The translations under genes and the position numbers were made by a program. A stretch of 64,000 nucleotides of DNA, taken from assembly GCA_036272195.1 (NCBI GenBank), contig DATAZE010000035.1:72923-136922 (forward strand), written 5' to 3'. The notes beneath the pieces were generated by a model. It was not told where the DNA came from, made no database searches, and saw only the letters and a program-made list of their open reading frames with translations. Source of the DNA: Verrucomicrobiia bacterium (GTDB taxonomy: Bacteria > Verrucomicrobiota > Verrucomicrobiia > Limisphaerales > DASXHY01). Shown here piece by piece: positions 59,201 through 63,399 of the stretch (positions are counted from its first letter, which is position 1; every line of letters begins with the position of its first letter).

Positions 59201-60474
59201 GGACGTCAAGCGTTACCGGGATTGCGAATCAGTCGCCGACTTACAATGCGAACGATTGGGTGACGAGCGATATATATGACAAAAATGGCAATACTACGAA
59301 CTCGTCTGGTAGTGCCTATCAATACGATGTCCTGAATCACCTGACGAACGTCAACAACGGGACGGTGCTGGTCGTTTACGACGGTGATGGCAACCGCGTG
59401 AGCAAGAAGGTCGGAACCACCACAACCTATTATCTGGTAGACAATGTCAATCCCACTGGTTATGCACAGGTTCTGGAGGAATGGACTTCCACTGGCACAC
59501 CCGCGTTGAGCCGCGTTTACGATTACGGACTGACATTGATTTCCCAACGCCAGGCTCCCAGCGGGACTGTCAGCTATTATGGCGCTGACGGTCACGGCAG
59601 CACGCGTTTCTTGGCCGGCGCCAGCGGCACAATAACAGACACTTGCACATATGATGCTTACGGGTTGGTGGCTGGCAGCAGCGGCAGTACGCCAAATAAT
59701 CGTCTATACTGCGGGGAGCAATGGGATAGCGATCTCGGCATGTATTACCTGCGCGCGAGATATTTCAAACCGGATACGGGAAGGTTTTGGACAATGGATA
59801 TCTACCAAGGACACGCTGAAGATCCGCTATCCATTCATAAGTATCTGTATTGCCACGCAGATCCAGTGAATAACATTGACCCGACAGGCATGATGACGTG
59901 GGAGCAGTTCCTTGGCTACGATGCGGAAGAGGCGATTCAGGAAGAATACCTCGATATGCATCCTGCCGAAGCTCCGTTCATCTCTTTCGGAACAAGGCAG
60001 TATTACAATCCTATAAACTATTTAAAGCCAGACATCTTCGTTTCTACGCCGGGAAACAAACGGTATCTAGAAATAAAGCCTATCTCTGACAGCGGTGTCG
60101 TTGCAGGGGTTGCTAAAATGATTGTGAACGCGGTTGCCTTTGGTCCTGCAGGTTACAAGCCGGATACAGCTTGGCAACCATTATCATCAGTGCTTGAAAC
60201 ACCTTCTGGAGAGACAATCTTTGTCATCAATGTCGGCGGGGTAGTGTTTTACCAGGATGTTGACTTACTCGAATGGAAACTTATCACAGCTGGAGCCATC
60301 GTCGCTGCAAAAGACTTGCTACCATTCCTGAGGGCTCAAGGCCTTACGTTAAAACCGGCACTAGCGGCAATAAATAAAATGGCGAGCCGGGTTGGGCTTG
60401 CCGAGGAGGCTGAATTAGAGGACTATGAATTACTTGCCGATGAGAACGCTCTGATGGGGGGTGTTGCCTTATAA
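44260..60474 (+). CDS. Giant Sec-signal RHS/YD-repeat polymorphic toxin (5,404 aa) with multidomain surface-binding region
   Basis: Single uninterrupted ORF with signal peptide MKTSALFLGLLALSAAVTTSAQ. Beta-helix-like N-terminal region. Cys/Gly tract (45931-46016). DxDxDG...WE..YFG TSP3-like linkers (about 47359-47590, 48280-48415, 49160-49290). Two LamG-like domains (about 47600-48270 and 48420-49150). W/Y-rich segment (49615-49980). RCC1-like repeats (about 51238-52860: LYSWGDNYSGKVGNG, VWGRSY, LLSWGL, IWWWGL, VWIWGL, VWGWGYN). FN3/Ig array (about 52860-55700). YD repeats, RHS core and a variable tip. Confidence 0.9.
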   Translation: MKTSALFLGLLALSAAVTTSAQTAGTAMQSAGIAPYAVAEKGPNYRVWQSSGRKGYTELAPGMNYQHNGQWLESKETIVPMQTGGAAAVEGQHQVYFPYDIGNGAISLYTPSNQRMDSRPLGISYSDKTNTVLIAGIANSTGQILPSGNKVLYPQAFTGIGADLLCIYHKDSYESDVVFHQRPPSPAEFGLDPTNAWLQIWTEFYSSNSPQVSYDPGAVTNLSDPYLEFGGMRMVHGRAFMLLQTNMTLSDDLPGFRVKKTWVRSGDRRFLLEEVPYALVQDALENLPPPSPSSAVNPGHRQTHGNGELAWLPPRRPVVAETNVMQIAVETPRKNPEFVMDYLMLNSAQVSYVFHGDTTYLISGSVYLNGTSIFEGGTVIKYTNFATIYNGGSLIWQGDAYHPIVFTSMHDDTVGQKITGSTGTPVTLANTYLYNQNYSVGMEMKYVRFKYAGIGIQSYTWLALWHSQFIKCSQALRPMAYFDINGTSSGGYLTPYWGVALFNDLFSGCGTAVNLDDGATANYLTAYPPQGVDLYFTAQNVTSDQTTNFLSLAPPTSSGGCCGGCGGCGGCFGGYSCFSFGCCGGSIYYPVFISSHSHAYLTNCMFTTVTQSVQTSLINTIGAGSGVRGYNNSVIYPYASPNYGCGFGADYQISTSPYQSTVAGNYYLSAASGYKNIGSNSVRTNLLSDLQKKTTDAPNASYASNIWSGVNYLLQPTVSRDTNTLDVGYHYDPIDYLFCDLYLTNSSVVISNGTVVGFGNDVGIIPLGGSQLISQGAPDQRNYFVHYNSVQEQSVNWGSYGVADAQAISPYHPDGNTAPTVSLRLSTIVAPNGATNVIYQPGGSYSAGVWSLQDSEIYGSGGQLNISIPSGGSAALKNNLFKYCNMQVVGTGALSTWNNLFTSVYSNALYQISFTNNGAATWTNFDNAFDRVSVNLTGVYSNSAYLNQAVVKSTKQGSDITTNLTWISGPLGGYYQASTSPLVNRGSRTADKAGLYHYTITTNLVSGLEIKETNSVVDIGYHYVAVTNSGAPIDTDGDGLPDYYEDVNGNGVYDGGDTANWTNASTDGSGMSDGWELRYFGHTGVDANADYDYDGNSNLHEFQAGTDPTNSASITQIQLGGWPFDNTNTWVGSSNQIPLVANNVFGVSSWDSNAVHINFANATLKYRDAETNGNANINLRSGTLAVWFKPDWTSASLGGSGPGSAGRLIEMGTYNPAFTNGWWALYLKADGNQVIFGSSTNGSGRTNLVATAAFSNQWSQLVLTYTPTNSSLYLNGQVVTNGLASTYFPSLTERTNGFRIGSDAAGTNEAKGLFEDLQTFNYPLSAAMIASNYQAMLQQDKNGNGLPDMWEMNNFGHVGVDPFGDPDGDDISNLQEYQNGTNPNQFDPAKLGWWHFDNAPIWSDVSGLLPSTATGIFSEPSWSGNAAWLGTSQNSVLAYPYQRTNGSVVVGLPAGSIRFWFKPDWDSNDGNQSQGPGDTLRLFEMGRQTTNANYGWLGLTVDPLGSTLTLSTEANGIHTDNAVCLVNFNSQDWYQITVTYNTTNSYLYVNGQYVISWAGLTNSGRFTNGYTAIATGTGLTNLPSLGVLQAGFHLGSSWDGVHQANGRFEELETFNYCLSSNSITTNYLAIMSADSNGDGVPDVTKDAFGARYDTADSDCDGLPDAWEIAHGLNPNDASDASMEMYLGYAGGSSVVNVPVINQVSTVSQTNLVNISFVTDAGSMAGQSVNGGVVAGLPGHDTWNFCDSHSDYVHGVPLLDSAGNSLNAQFYGYLGPCNNFFTALPPYDMGWDLYQYSAANQTDFLFGYNAYASPFGWYGEWGWNLYGDWWDFYGAVYCFRCPGSPWSYVCYDDFWRFYNYYWSRAYALSCTYSPWNYYFINSLYLDPWSRPNGYFYYLPWYEQYQLVGAVNGSSAYARDLAMYIEGAGLGGHSGGYAPFGCVRCYLPPFSKVQHDTNSLDGTDGAVWSWSPQQLQLLNQLPQYNFAGFANALYPDAQRTLLISGLPSGQYAVNVYYDSPVPTTPATVNGMPSTALSAKQGQRTTTYWHTVVNTENIPAATDFISCIMAPTPPWAENNGGNSLVITSGKNANPFDTTPGNDVKLLGIQIVGQSYIVTTNGTTSAPVVQGRPLNDAAYLLWGAAGNDTVYNVYRAIGATNNTWTLLSSITNQFNYQDNGLTAGTNYFYKVAGVETNGTVDPASTPLKIVPFSCAPPLPPRLDYVTTLKVANTAGAYGFNGQTLFTNSDAYDPQGLPLQFVVERVTSGSLLINGSPYSAANSAFATADSVVWTPPVGLLVTNVPAFYVHVFDGINRSSNSVPVQFQQPAPLHLYSWGDNYSGKVGNGYIPTMTCVFYDTDIETNWARLLPDELNMMEVTGLWNVDPRWKYSPGGYYGPDPGYLSYPSPQQVLDGDGITSISGSDANTIGIDKDGNLRVWGRSYVDGEGFGGDYLFGRPMVRELKEMETSEPHFADTNSDFSIYSWRDPYVQAALGTGTNYFGFLPLDFATPVKYLGPISNAVKLTLNIGDAFFAVTDGGNLLSWGLSDWSWLGRDPVAYQDKFHDDYIGMDVGVYPEPVFSDGVPVVEICGDQQSGILCRKLDGSIWWWGLLTGEYFTGAIDPDTNLPESASKNYYLTDGSDNTHPHEVTSLEGSTDPIVQMSAANQHFVFLRASGAVSEMGSLASLVPADFYWYGLQIAPDLAALDAAFATNEPVAVAGLPTNVCQVAASGTFGIALTTDGNVWIWGLAMDLVDFDYYGNDYFDIWKYTQDHISTNTAPRQITGLKKIVKVRAAGYGALLALDQSGSVWGWGYNSTTDPIIGDSASSSPTGFIFQPDPERIPGLANVKDIYVNASAYNHTTAYALGTAATGMPDGLKAIPMDSQVKLSWSIYSGTTYYIVYRSLNEDAGYVAVGNSAGNTFSDQGPLQNGQTYYYRITSVVNGVESSPSWDVAATPFPTPTPVQNLSAALTCHGVILQWQAPSNVVASPVQTYLVKSGDIILATLYANSSNYYDPYGLLGQCYSVAACNTAGQPTNQVCVSASNSIPCPPAPLVADGSWLEDSNVDPADDMLVLQWAGPINTPTNADCWNFQTYEFPDDAFINQLASGGDAISVKIWALFNTGQKTSLTNLAVPLTTRLVTLTNVVNPWLAVSNSSGVNGSIYTATAFSGVTLRPATSNLLHTPPPPTGAARVRLNRMLLDDYYNYYAQQTIGNSSYYVQAPNWGSHLTGFTVHYRTVIDFNGRTLDKQRQISLGLKDFQYYTNYGSLYGDLYQYHWKIPQGCESWASVAAVIDGVEGDISSQAGPIYPTIPDGATNAWSGSIRAVPGYKQVYLDWQDSDSMYSWDVYFSTNSTVHGVGNWDRVPGGTALQINRCWHTGLLVNSNYSYEVAANMVDGSTVYSPVVTAKVLAASAPTLTNFTAKASAYDAMVLVEWKVPKTNLTDPDIINQTNWQFFVERKPSASDDSGYTLATGSGFGLAYLDTDVTDGNSYTYRVTAFDTSFNRLQALAGLNGGTNTSITPTATNSLTLLPPKPGNGFIDLTWSPIRATRFTVEHSLSTNGPFEVVATLDAENAFGNAQNTYRHIGLQNGVMHYYQIVALTPTGFEIDSPILGAMPLATLTPLPPQQFQGTLHPGDTNVVVLSWLPETAVNSFQLYLQDQSQLTLLYEGPAVSAGYTVPNTATTNDVFTFAVRAVNNTGLASDFSFTTVSNQAPDDLSGVPVVQPIMLQVAGWMPHGTNVSLTVTGPTNLALNAVVSVPFVQEVSFYDSGTLLGTVSDPPYQYNWNHVPGGSHSLSASVQAKGGNSSSLLNGGGVTFVSDPVPVQVNVMPELSAYQTSVTDLQLPAVGLPISVGRSYSSRNTNSDVSLGMGWVADWNLPTLTLSTNLGYGWGGIVQANLGTPYYYISDAVGHFVTVTLPGGGSAGFAPQMNYYPSEEPYNYASSGGGTEISMSYEPFDVGQGTLQSDGVGAITIGNVSDTDTAWPSAYLAFDDLSPTIFTYMAPDGTKYYYGQQRDAVTWLPTSVKDRTGNMLNYTYATSDTNDPAYSPLTAGRLMSIRNSGGRQATFAYPSTNEVDVLDMIGTNASVKYLLANGKLSQVLRLVNRSGAGRYETNTYNYGSTGHDQNRLTDVYDARGVRTLHNVYTNSVNGDDEGDFCVQIVPGRTNLYFVDTDLNLTVRATTATATNTARVNSDSSGAISGVTVPVAGADPSTNASQSVYDSHGNLVSQSDANGNTTTYQYDDKNRLVGQSDADGNTKTVTLNDFGQPNISIDANGQQTLYTYDAVGNVVNERDPAQISTDYGYDKPLKDANRNILVGELPASETQTVPGVPCQIVTLSTYQTNGAAGVLGDLLSTTLEWVDTKGAVMNTPVTTSYTYDANGNRLTETKTRTVPTGIQTIHTTYYYDAQNRATNTVISADGAEALPAQSNSVAYNSLGKQFTSTDAAGRVTTNIYDFNGNLIETDYPDGTVSRTAYDGFGRQQYIQDRAVSSGGVTTAPAIRNTYDASGRVVKTERCDAVQLARNVATPGTDFVGTTNEVQFKMAVNNAGTTLTTSRTFYNVVGQKQYSVNARGAVTEYRYDAASRRTNMLVHASYYNPTNDAPPALLDTVQSTTYTYDANGNQLTVTDAAGHTTTSVYDDANRVKEIDYPSSNGTASRYTYYDGLGRKIQETDEAGIATAYTYDFRGLLTSVTLAFGSTNAVTTVYQYDELGNEIQQIDAAGHTTTFRYDALGRRTGRTLPGNQSEGFAYDLAGNQIYATNFNGVIITNRYDWASGHLTNSSSVGYKTTFAFNATGLRTNMIDASGATAFYYNDLNELTNKTVIWNGGPTVALQYGYDTLGSITNIQSSTAGGVNLAYNYDLLGRITNVLANGASVSGYGFDVVGNLQTMRYGNGITNLYQYDSRNRLTNLVWKLNVNLLANFGYVLGATGNRTGSSESLNGTSRTYTWGYDSLYRMTSEAIGNLGTLNYGFDAVGNRTNRTSSVTGIANQSPTYNANDWVTSDIYDKNGNTTNSSGSAYQYDVLNHLTNVNNGTVLVVYDGDGNRVSKKVGTTTTYYLVDNVNPTGYAQVLEEWTSTGTPALSRVYDYGLTLISQRQAPSGTVSYYGADGHGSTRFLAGASGTITDTCTYDAYGLVAGSSGSTPNNRLYCGEQWDSDLGMYYLRARYFKPDTGRFWTMDIYQGHAEDPLSIHKYLYCHADPVNNIDPTGMMTWEQFLGYDAEEAIQEEYLDMHPAEAPFISFGTRQYYNPINYLKPDIFVSTPGNKRYLEIKPISDSGVVAGVAKMIVNAVAFGPAGYKPDTAWQPLSSVLETPSGETIFVINVGGVVFYQDVDLLEWKLITAGAIVAAKDLLPFLRAQGLTLKPALAAINKMASRVGLAEEAELEDYELLADENALMGGVAL
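55738..59892 (+). other. RHS/YD-repeat shell plus RHS core (aa ~3827-5211 of the giant protein)
   Basis: Opens with VTDLQLPAVGLPISVGRSYSSRN. Dozens of YD units follow (e.g. YDSHGNLVSQSDANGNTTTYQYDDKNRLVGQSDADGNT). Closes with YYLRARYFKPDTGRFWTMD...YLYCHADPVNNIDPTGM (PxxxxDPxG-type demarcation motif). Confidence 0.9.
59893..60471 (+). other. Variable C-terminal toxin domain (aa 5212-5404), PD-(D/E)xK nuclease-like motif
   Basis: After DPTGM: MTWEQFLGYDAEEAIQEEYL...NYLKPDIFVSTPGNKRYLEIKPISD. This gives acidic helix residues, PD (D5258) and ExK (E5271, K5273) with 13-residue spacing, as in restriction-endonuclease-fold enzymes. Confidence 0.55.
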
Positions 60475-60528
60475 CTAATGATTTAAGTTCATATTGCATT
60501 TGGGCTATAGCACTGCAATTCTCGGTTT

Positions 60529-61377
60529 ATGAATTTGTATTTGCAAATTTTGAGCCAAGTTCAAACAGCGGATCTTTTCCGTATGATTTTAGTGCCTGGG
60601 GCTCTTTGCTCGCGTTTCGGAGGATGCCAGCTAAAGATGTCTGCGGGTGGAAAACTTCAAACCCGAAATTTTTCTACGCTTGACGAAGCGGTTTCCAACA
60701 TTCGACACAGCAAATTCAACCAAATCGAAATTGCACATTCAATTGCCAAAGATAGTATATTCCGGATGCCGGGATATGCTCGCTCGATGGTTGGATTATT
60801 CACTGTATCTCCAACTTGCGATTTTTGGTTCAAAGCAAAGGATTGGCCTGTGGGCGGCGAAAAGGCGATGCGAACGCGCAAAATGAATGCAAAGGCCGCC
60901 GAGGCGGCACTGGCCCACTATGGTGTCAATCGGAAGCCCACGATCTACGAAGTGGCCATTGAAATTGACACATCAGAACCGCAAGACAAAGTTCTCGATG
61001 CTTCTACGGAATGGCTGGCCGAATTTGTTCCAAAACATTTTGGCTCCCTGGCTCTTTTCGGTTGTATCGATGTAGGAGGCCGGGAATTCTTTGTAAAATT
61101 GGAATCTAATGTGCTCATGACAGAGAATATTAGAGTTATGTCGAAACTGTTGCCCGCTGCGTATCCTGAACTAGGGCAGAAATTCGATGCGCTGCACCCC
61201 GTAATGTTCGGTGCCAAGAGAGTATGTGAGGGGATCGGATTGGCGTTGGGAAGGGATGCTAGGGTAATTCTTGATGACGCGGTCGATGATTTCGCGGTTG
61301 TTCGAGTGAAAGCGGACTCTCAAGCGCGAGCGACAAGGAGCCGTGTGTCAGAATGGATATTGTCTTCTGAGGCATGA
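60529..61377 (+). CDS. Candidate cognate immunity protein (unknown family)
   Basis: 282-aa ORF on the same strand, 54 nt after the toxin stop. The intergenic spacer is AT-rich (19 G/C in 60481-60540). No signal peptide or TM and no motif I recognise. The start is uncertain (in-frame ATGs also at MILVPG.. and MSAGGK..). Confidence 0.55.
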   Translation: MNLYLQILSQVQTADLFRMILVPGALCSRFGGCQLKMSAGGKLQTRNFSTLDEAVSNIRHSKFNQIEIAHSIAKDSIFRMPGYARSMVGLFTVSPTCDFWFKAKDWPVGGEKAMRTRKMNAKAAEAALAHYGVNRKPTIYEVAIEIDTSEPQDKVLDASTEWLAEFVPKHFGSLALFGCIDVGGREFFVKLESNVLMTENIRVMSKLLPAAYPELGQKFDALHPVMFGAKRVCEGIGLALGRDARVILDDAVDDFAVVRVKADSQARATRSRVSEWILSSEA

Positions 61378-61461
61378 AAGTTGAACGCTTCTTAGCTACG
61401 AACGTCATGGAAATTCGCCGCCTCATTGCCTGGCTTCAGGAATTCCTTTGCTGAGCGAATC

Positions 61462-63264
61462 TTATTCTAACCGAGTTGATTTTGTCAAAACCTTCTCATT
61501 CGCCGCCTTCACCTGTTCCGTCGGAATTTTGACGACATCACGGTCGTACGTGGTCAAGCCGTCATCTTCGGTTTCTGCGTCGGTTAGTTCAGTGATGACT
61601 GCCGCGGCCAAGCCCGTTTTTTGTTTCTGCTCCGCAATTCGTTCCAGGAGCGATTCATAGCCGGCAGTCAATTCTTTTGGCGAGTCAAAGAGCGTGGTGT
61701 TCCAGGACGTCATGATGCCCCAGGTGTGGCCCGGAATGTCGAGGCCCAGGCCGCCGCATTCGCCCATTACCCAGGCGCGTCGGCCATCGTGTTCCGGACT
61801 TGCCGGCCCGGGATATTTATGTGATGAACGCACATCGCCAACTCCAAAATCGTTCCAACCGCTCACATCCATCACTAGTCGCGAGGGATCCAATTCCTTG
61901 ACCGTTTTAGTGAGGCGCACGGTGTCATACTGTCCCCAGCCTTGATTGAATAGTATCCACATGACGATGGACGGCTGGTTGCCGCGGTCCACGATCATCC
62001 GCTGCAATTCCGCCTCGAATTGTTGCGCCGATTCGGGAGTGCGCGTGATTTCCCGATCTTTGGGCAACGCCGATGTTCCACCGCTGGGCATGTCCTGCCA
62101 GACCAGTAACCCCAGCTTGTCGCACCAGTAATACCAGCGTTCCGATTCAATTTTGACGTGCTTGCGGCACATGTTAAAGCCCAAGCGTTTGATCAACTCA
62201 ATATCTGAACGCAAAGCCTCATCGTTCGGAGCGGTATAGATGCCATCCGGCCAGTAGCCTTGATCCAGCACGCCCATTTCAAATCCGGGCCGGTTATTCA
62301 AGTATAAGCGAGGGTAACCATCGGCGCCTTTACTCACCGAAATTTTGCGCATCCCAAAGTAACCACTTACCTCATCCACCTTTTTGCCCTTTTGCAATAG
62401 CGCTATTTTCAGGTCATAAAGAAATGGATCGTCAGGTGACCAGGTGTGAGCGTGCGGGACGGGCAATGAAAATGATTTTCCGATTTGTCCCTGAGCTCTG
62501 CTGATTTCTTTGCCATCGGCATAGGCCACGGCTTCGGCTATGACATCATTCGTATCTCCACGTCCGTTGATTTCAACATGCAAAGCTCCCGCATCCAAAT
62601 CGGGCACGAGTCGGAACGATTCTACAGAGGTGAGGGCCACTGGTTCCAGCCAAACCGTTTGCCAAATGCCGGAAGCGGCATGCAGATAAGGCAATCGGGG
62701 GTGCAACATTTGTTTGCCGCGAGGCTGACCGCCGGCATCAATCGGGTTGTTCACCCGCACAATCAGTTCTTGTTCACTCCCCGGTTTCAATGCGCTGGTG
62801 ATATCAAAACTGAACCGATCGTATCCGCCGCGGTGTGTTCCCAAATCTTTTCCGTTTAACCAAACCTCTGTCTCCCAGTCCGAAGCTTCAAAGTGAAGCA
62901 AGACTTGCCTTCCCTGCCACGCCGCGGGGACCATGAAAGTGCGTCGATACCACACTTGCTCCAGCTCGTTCACCATGTGTCGGACACCGGAAAGCACCGA
63001 TTCCACTGGAAATGGCACCAGGATATGATTCGTAAACCCGGGACAATTTGTGGTCCTTGAAAAACCCACCTCCCATATACCGTTCAAATTTAACCAATCG
63101 GGACGGGTCATGGTGGGACGCGGATATTCCGCATGGGCCTGTTCGGGTGAGACGTCGAGCGCCCAGTGTGTCAGGTAAGAATTGGTGTTTAACCGCCAAT
63201 CACCAGCCGCCAGTAAATTTACCCCGACCAAACTTAGAAACCCTATAACCAGAAACCGCAGCAT
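61462..63264 (-). CDS. Glycoside hydrolase family 2 (beta-galactosidase/beta-glucuronidase-like), secreted
   Basis: Signal peptide MLRFLVIGFLSLVGVNLLAA. GH2 sugar-binding block WQGRQVLLHFEASDWETEVWLNGKDLGTHRGGYDRFSFDIT. TIM-barrel block FNMCRKHVKIESERWYYWCDKLGLLVWQDMP. The ATG at 63264 is preferred to the track start at 63294. Confidence 0.8.
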   Translation of the reverse strand: MLRFLVIGFLSLVGVNLLAAGDWRLNTNSYLTHWALDVSPEQAHAEYPRPTMTRPDWLNLNGIWEVGFSRTTNCPGFTNHILVPFPVESVLSGVRHMVNELEQVWYRRTFMVPAAWQGRQVLLHFEASDWETEVWLNGKDLGTHRGGYDRFSFDITSALKPGSEQELIVRVNNPIDAGGQPRGKQMLHPRLPYLHAASGIWQTVWLEPVALTSVESFRLVPDLDAGALHVEINGRGDTNDVIAEAVAYADGKEISRAQGQIGKSFSLPVPHAHTWSPDDPFLYDLKIALLQKGKKVDEVSGYFGMRKISVSKGADGYPRLYLNNRPGFEMGVLDQGYWPDGIYTAPNDEALRSDIELIKRLGFNMCRKHVKIESERWYYWCDKLGLLVWQDMPSGGTSALPKDREITRTPESAQQFEAELQRMIVDRGNQPSIVMWILFNQGWGQYDTVRLTKTVKELDPSRLVMDVSGWNDFGVGDVRSSHKYPGPASPEHDGRRAWVMGECGGLGLDIPGHTWGIMTSWNTTLFDSPKELTAGYESLLERIAEQKQKTGLAAAVITELTDAETEDDGLTTYDRDVVKIPTEQVKAANEKVLTKSTRLE

Positions 63265-63399
63265 ATTGCCTAGTTTGCCGGTTGGAAAATGCAAGGCAAG
63301 TCAATTGCGAGTGCAGAATAATTTTCCGCAAAAAGAATCATCGACGGTGTTCTGCCATGAATTTTCTGGCGGCATCCTTCGTTCGCGGTCTTATAATTG

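Noticed and set aside
44290-59595. Dozens of 60-270-aa ORFs in other frames or on the other strand inside the 16-kb RHS gene.
   Set aside because: The sense frame is uninterrupted for 5,404 codons with coherent domain structure. The nested ORFs have no motifs and are expected by chance in a region this long.
44260-60474. T6SS, CDI (two-partner secretion) or ABC-toxin (TcA/TcB) delivery for the RHS protein.
   Set aside because: There is no PAAR or VgrG-binding N-terminus, no TPS domain, and no neighbouring Hcp/VgrG/TpsB/TcA-like genes. The N-terminus is a plain Sec signal peptide. Genes elsewhere in the genome cannot be excluded.
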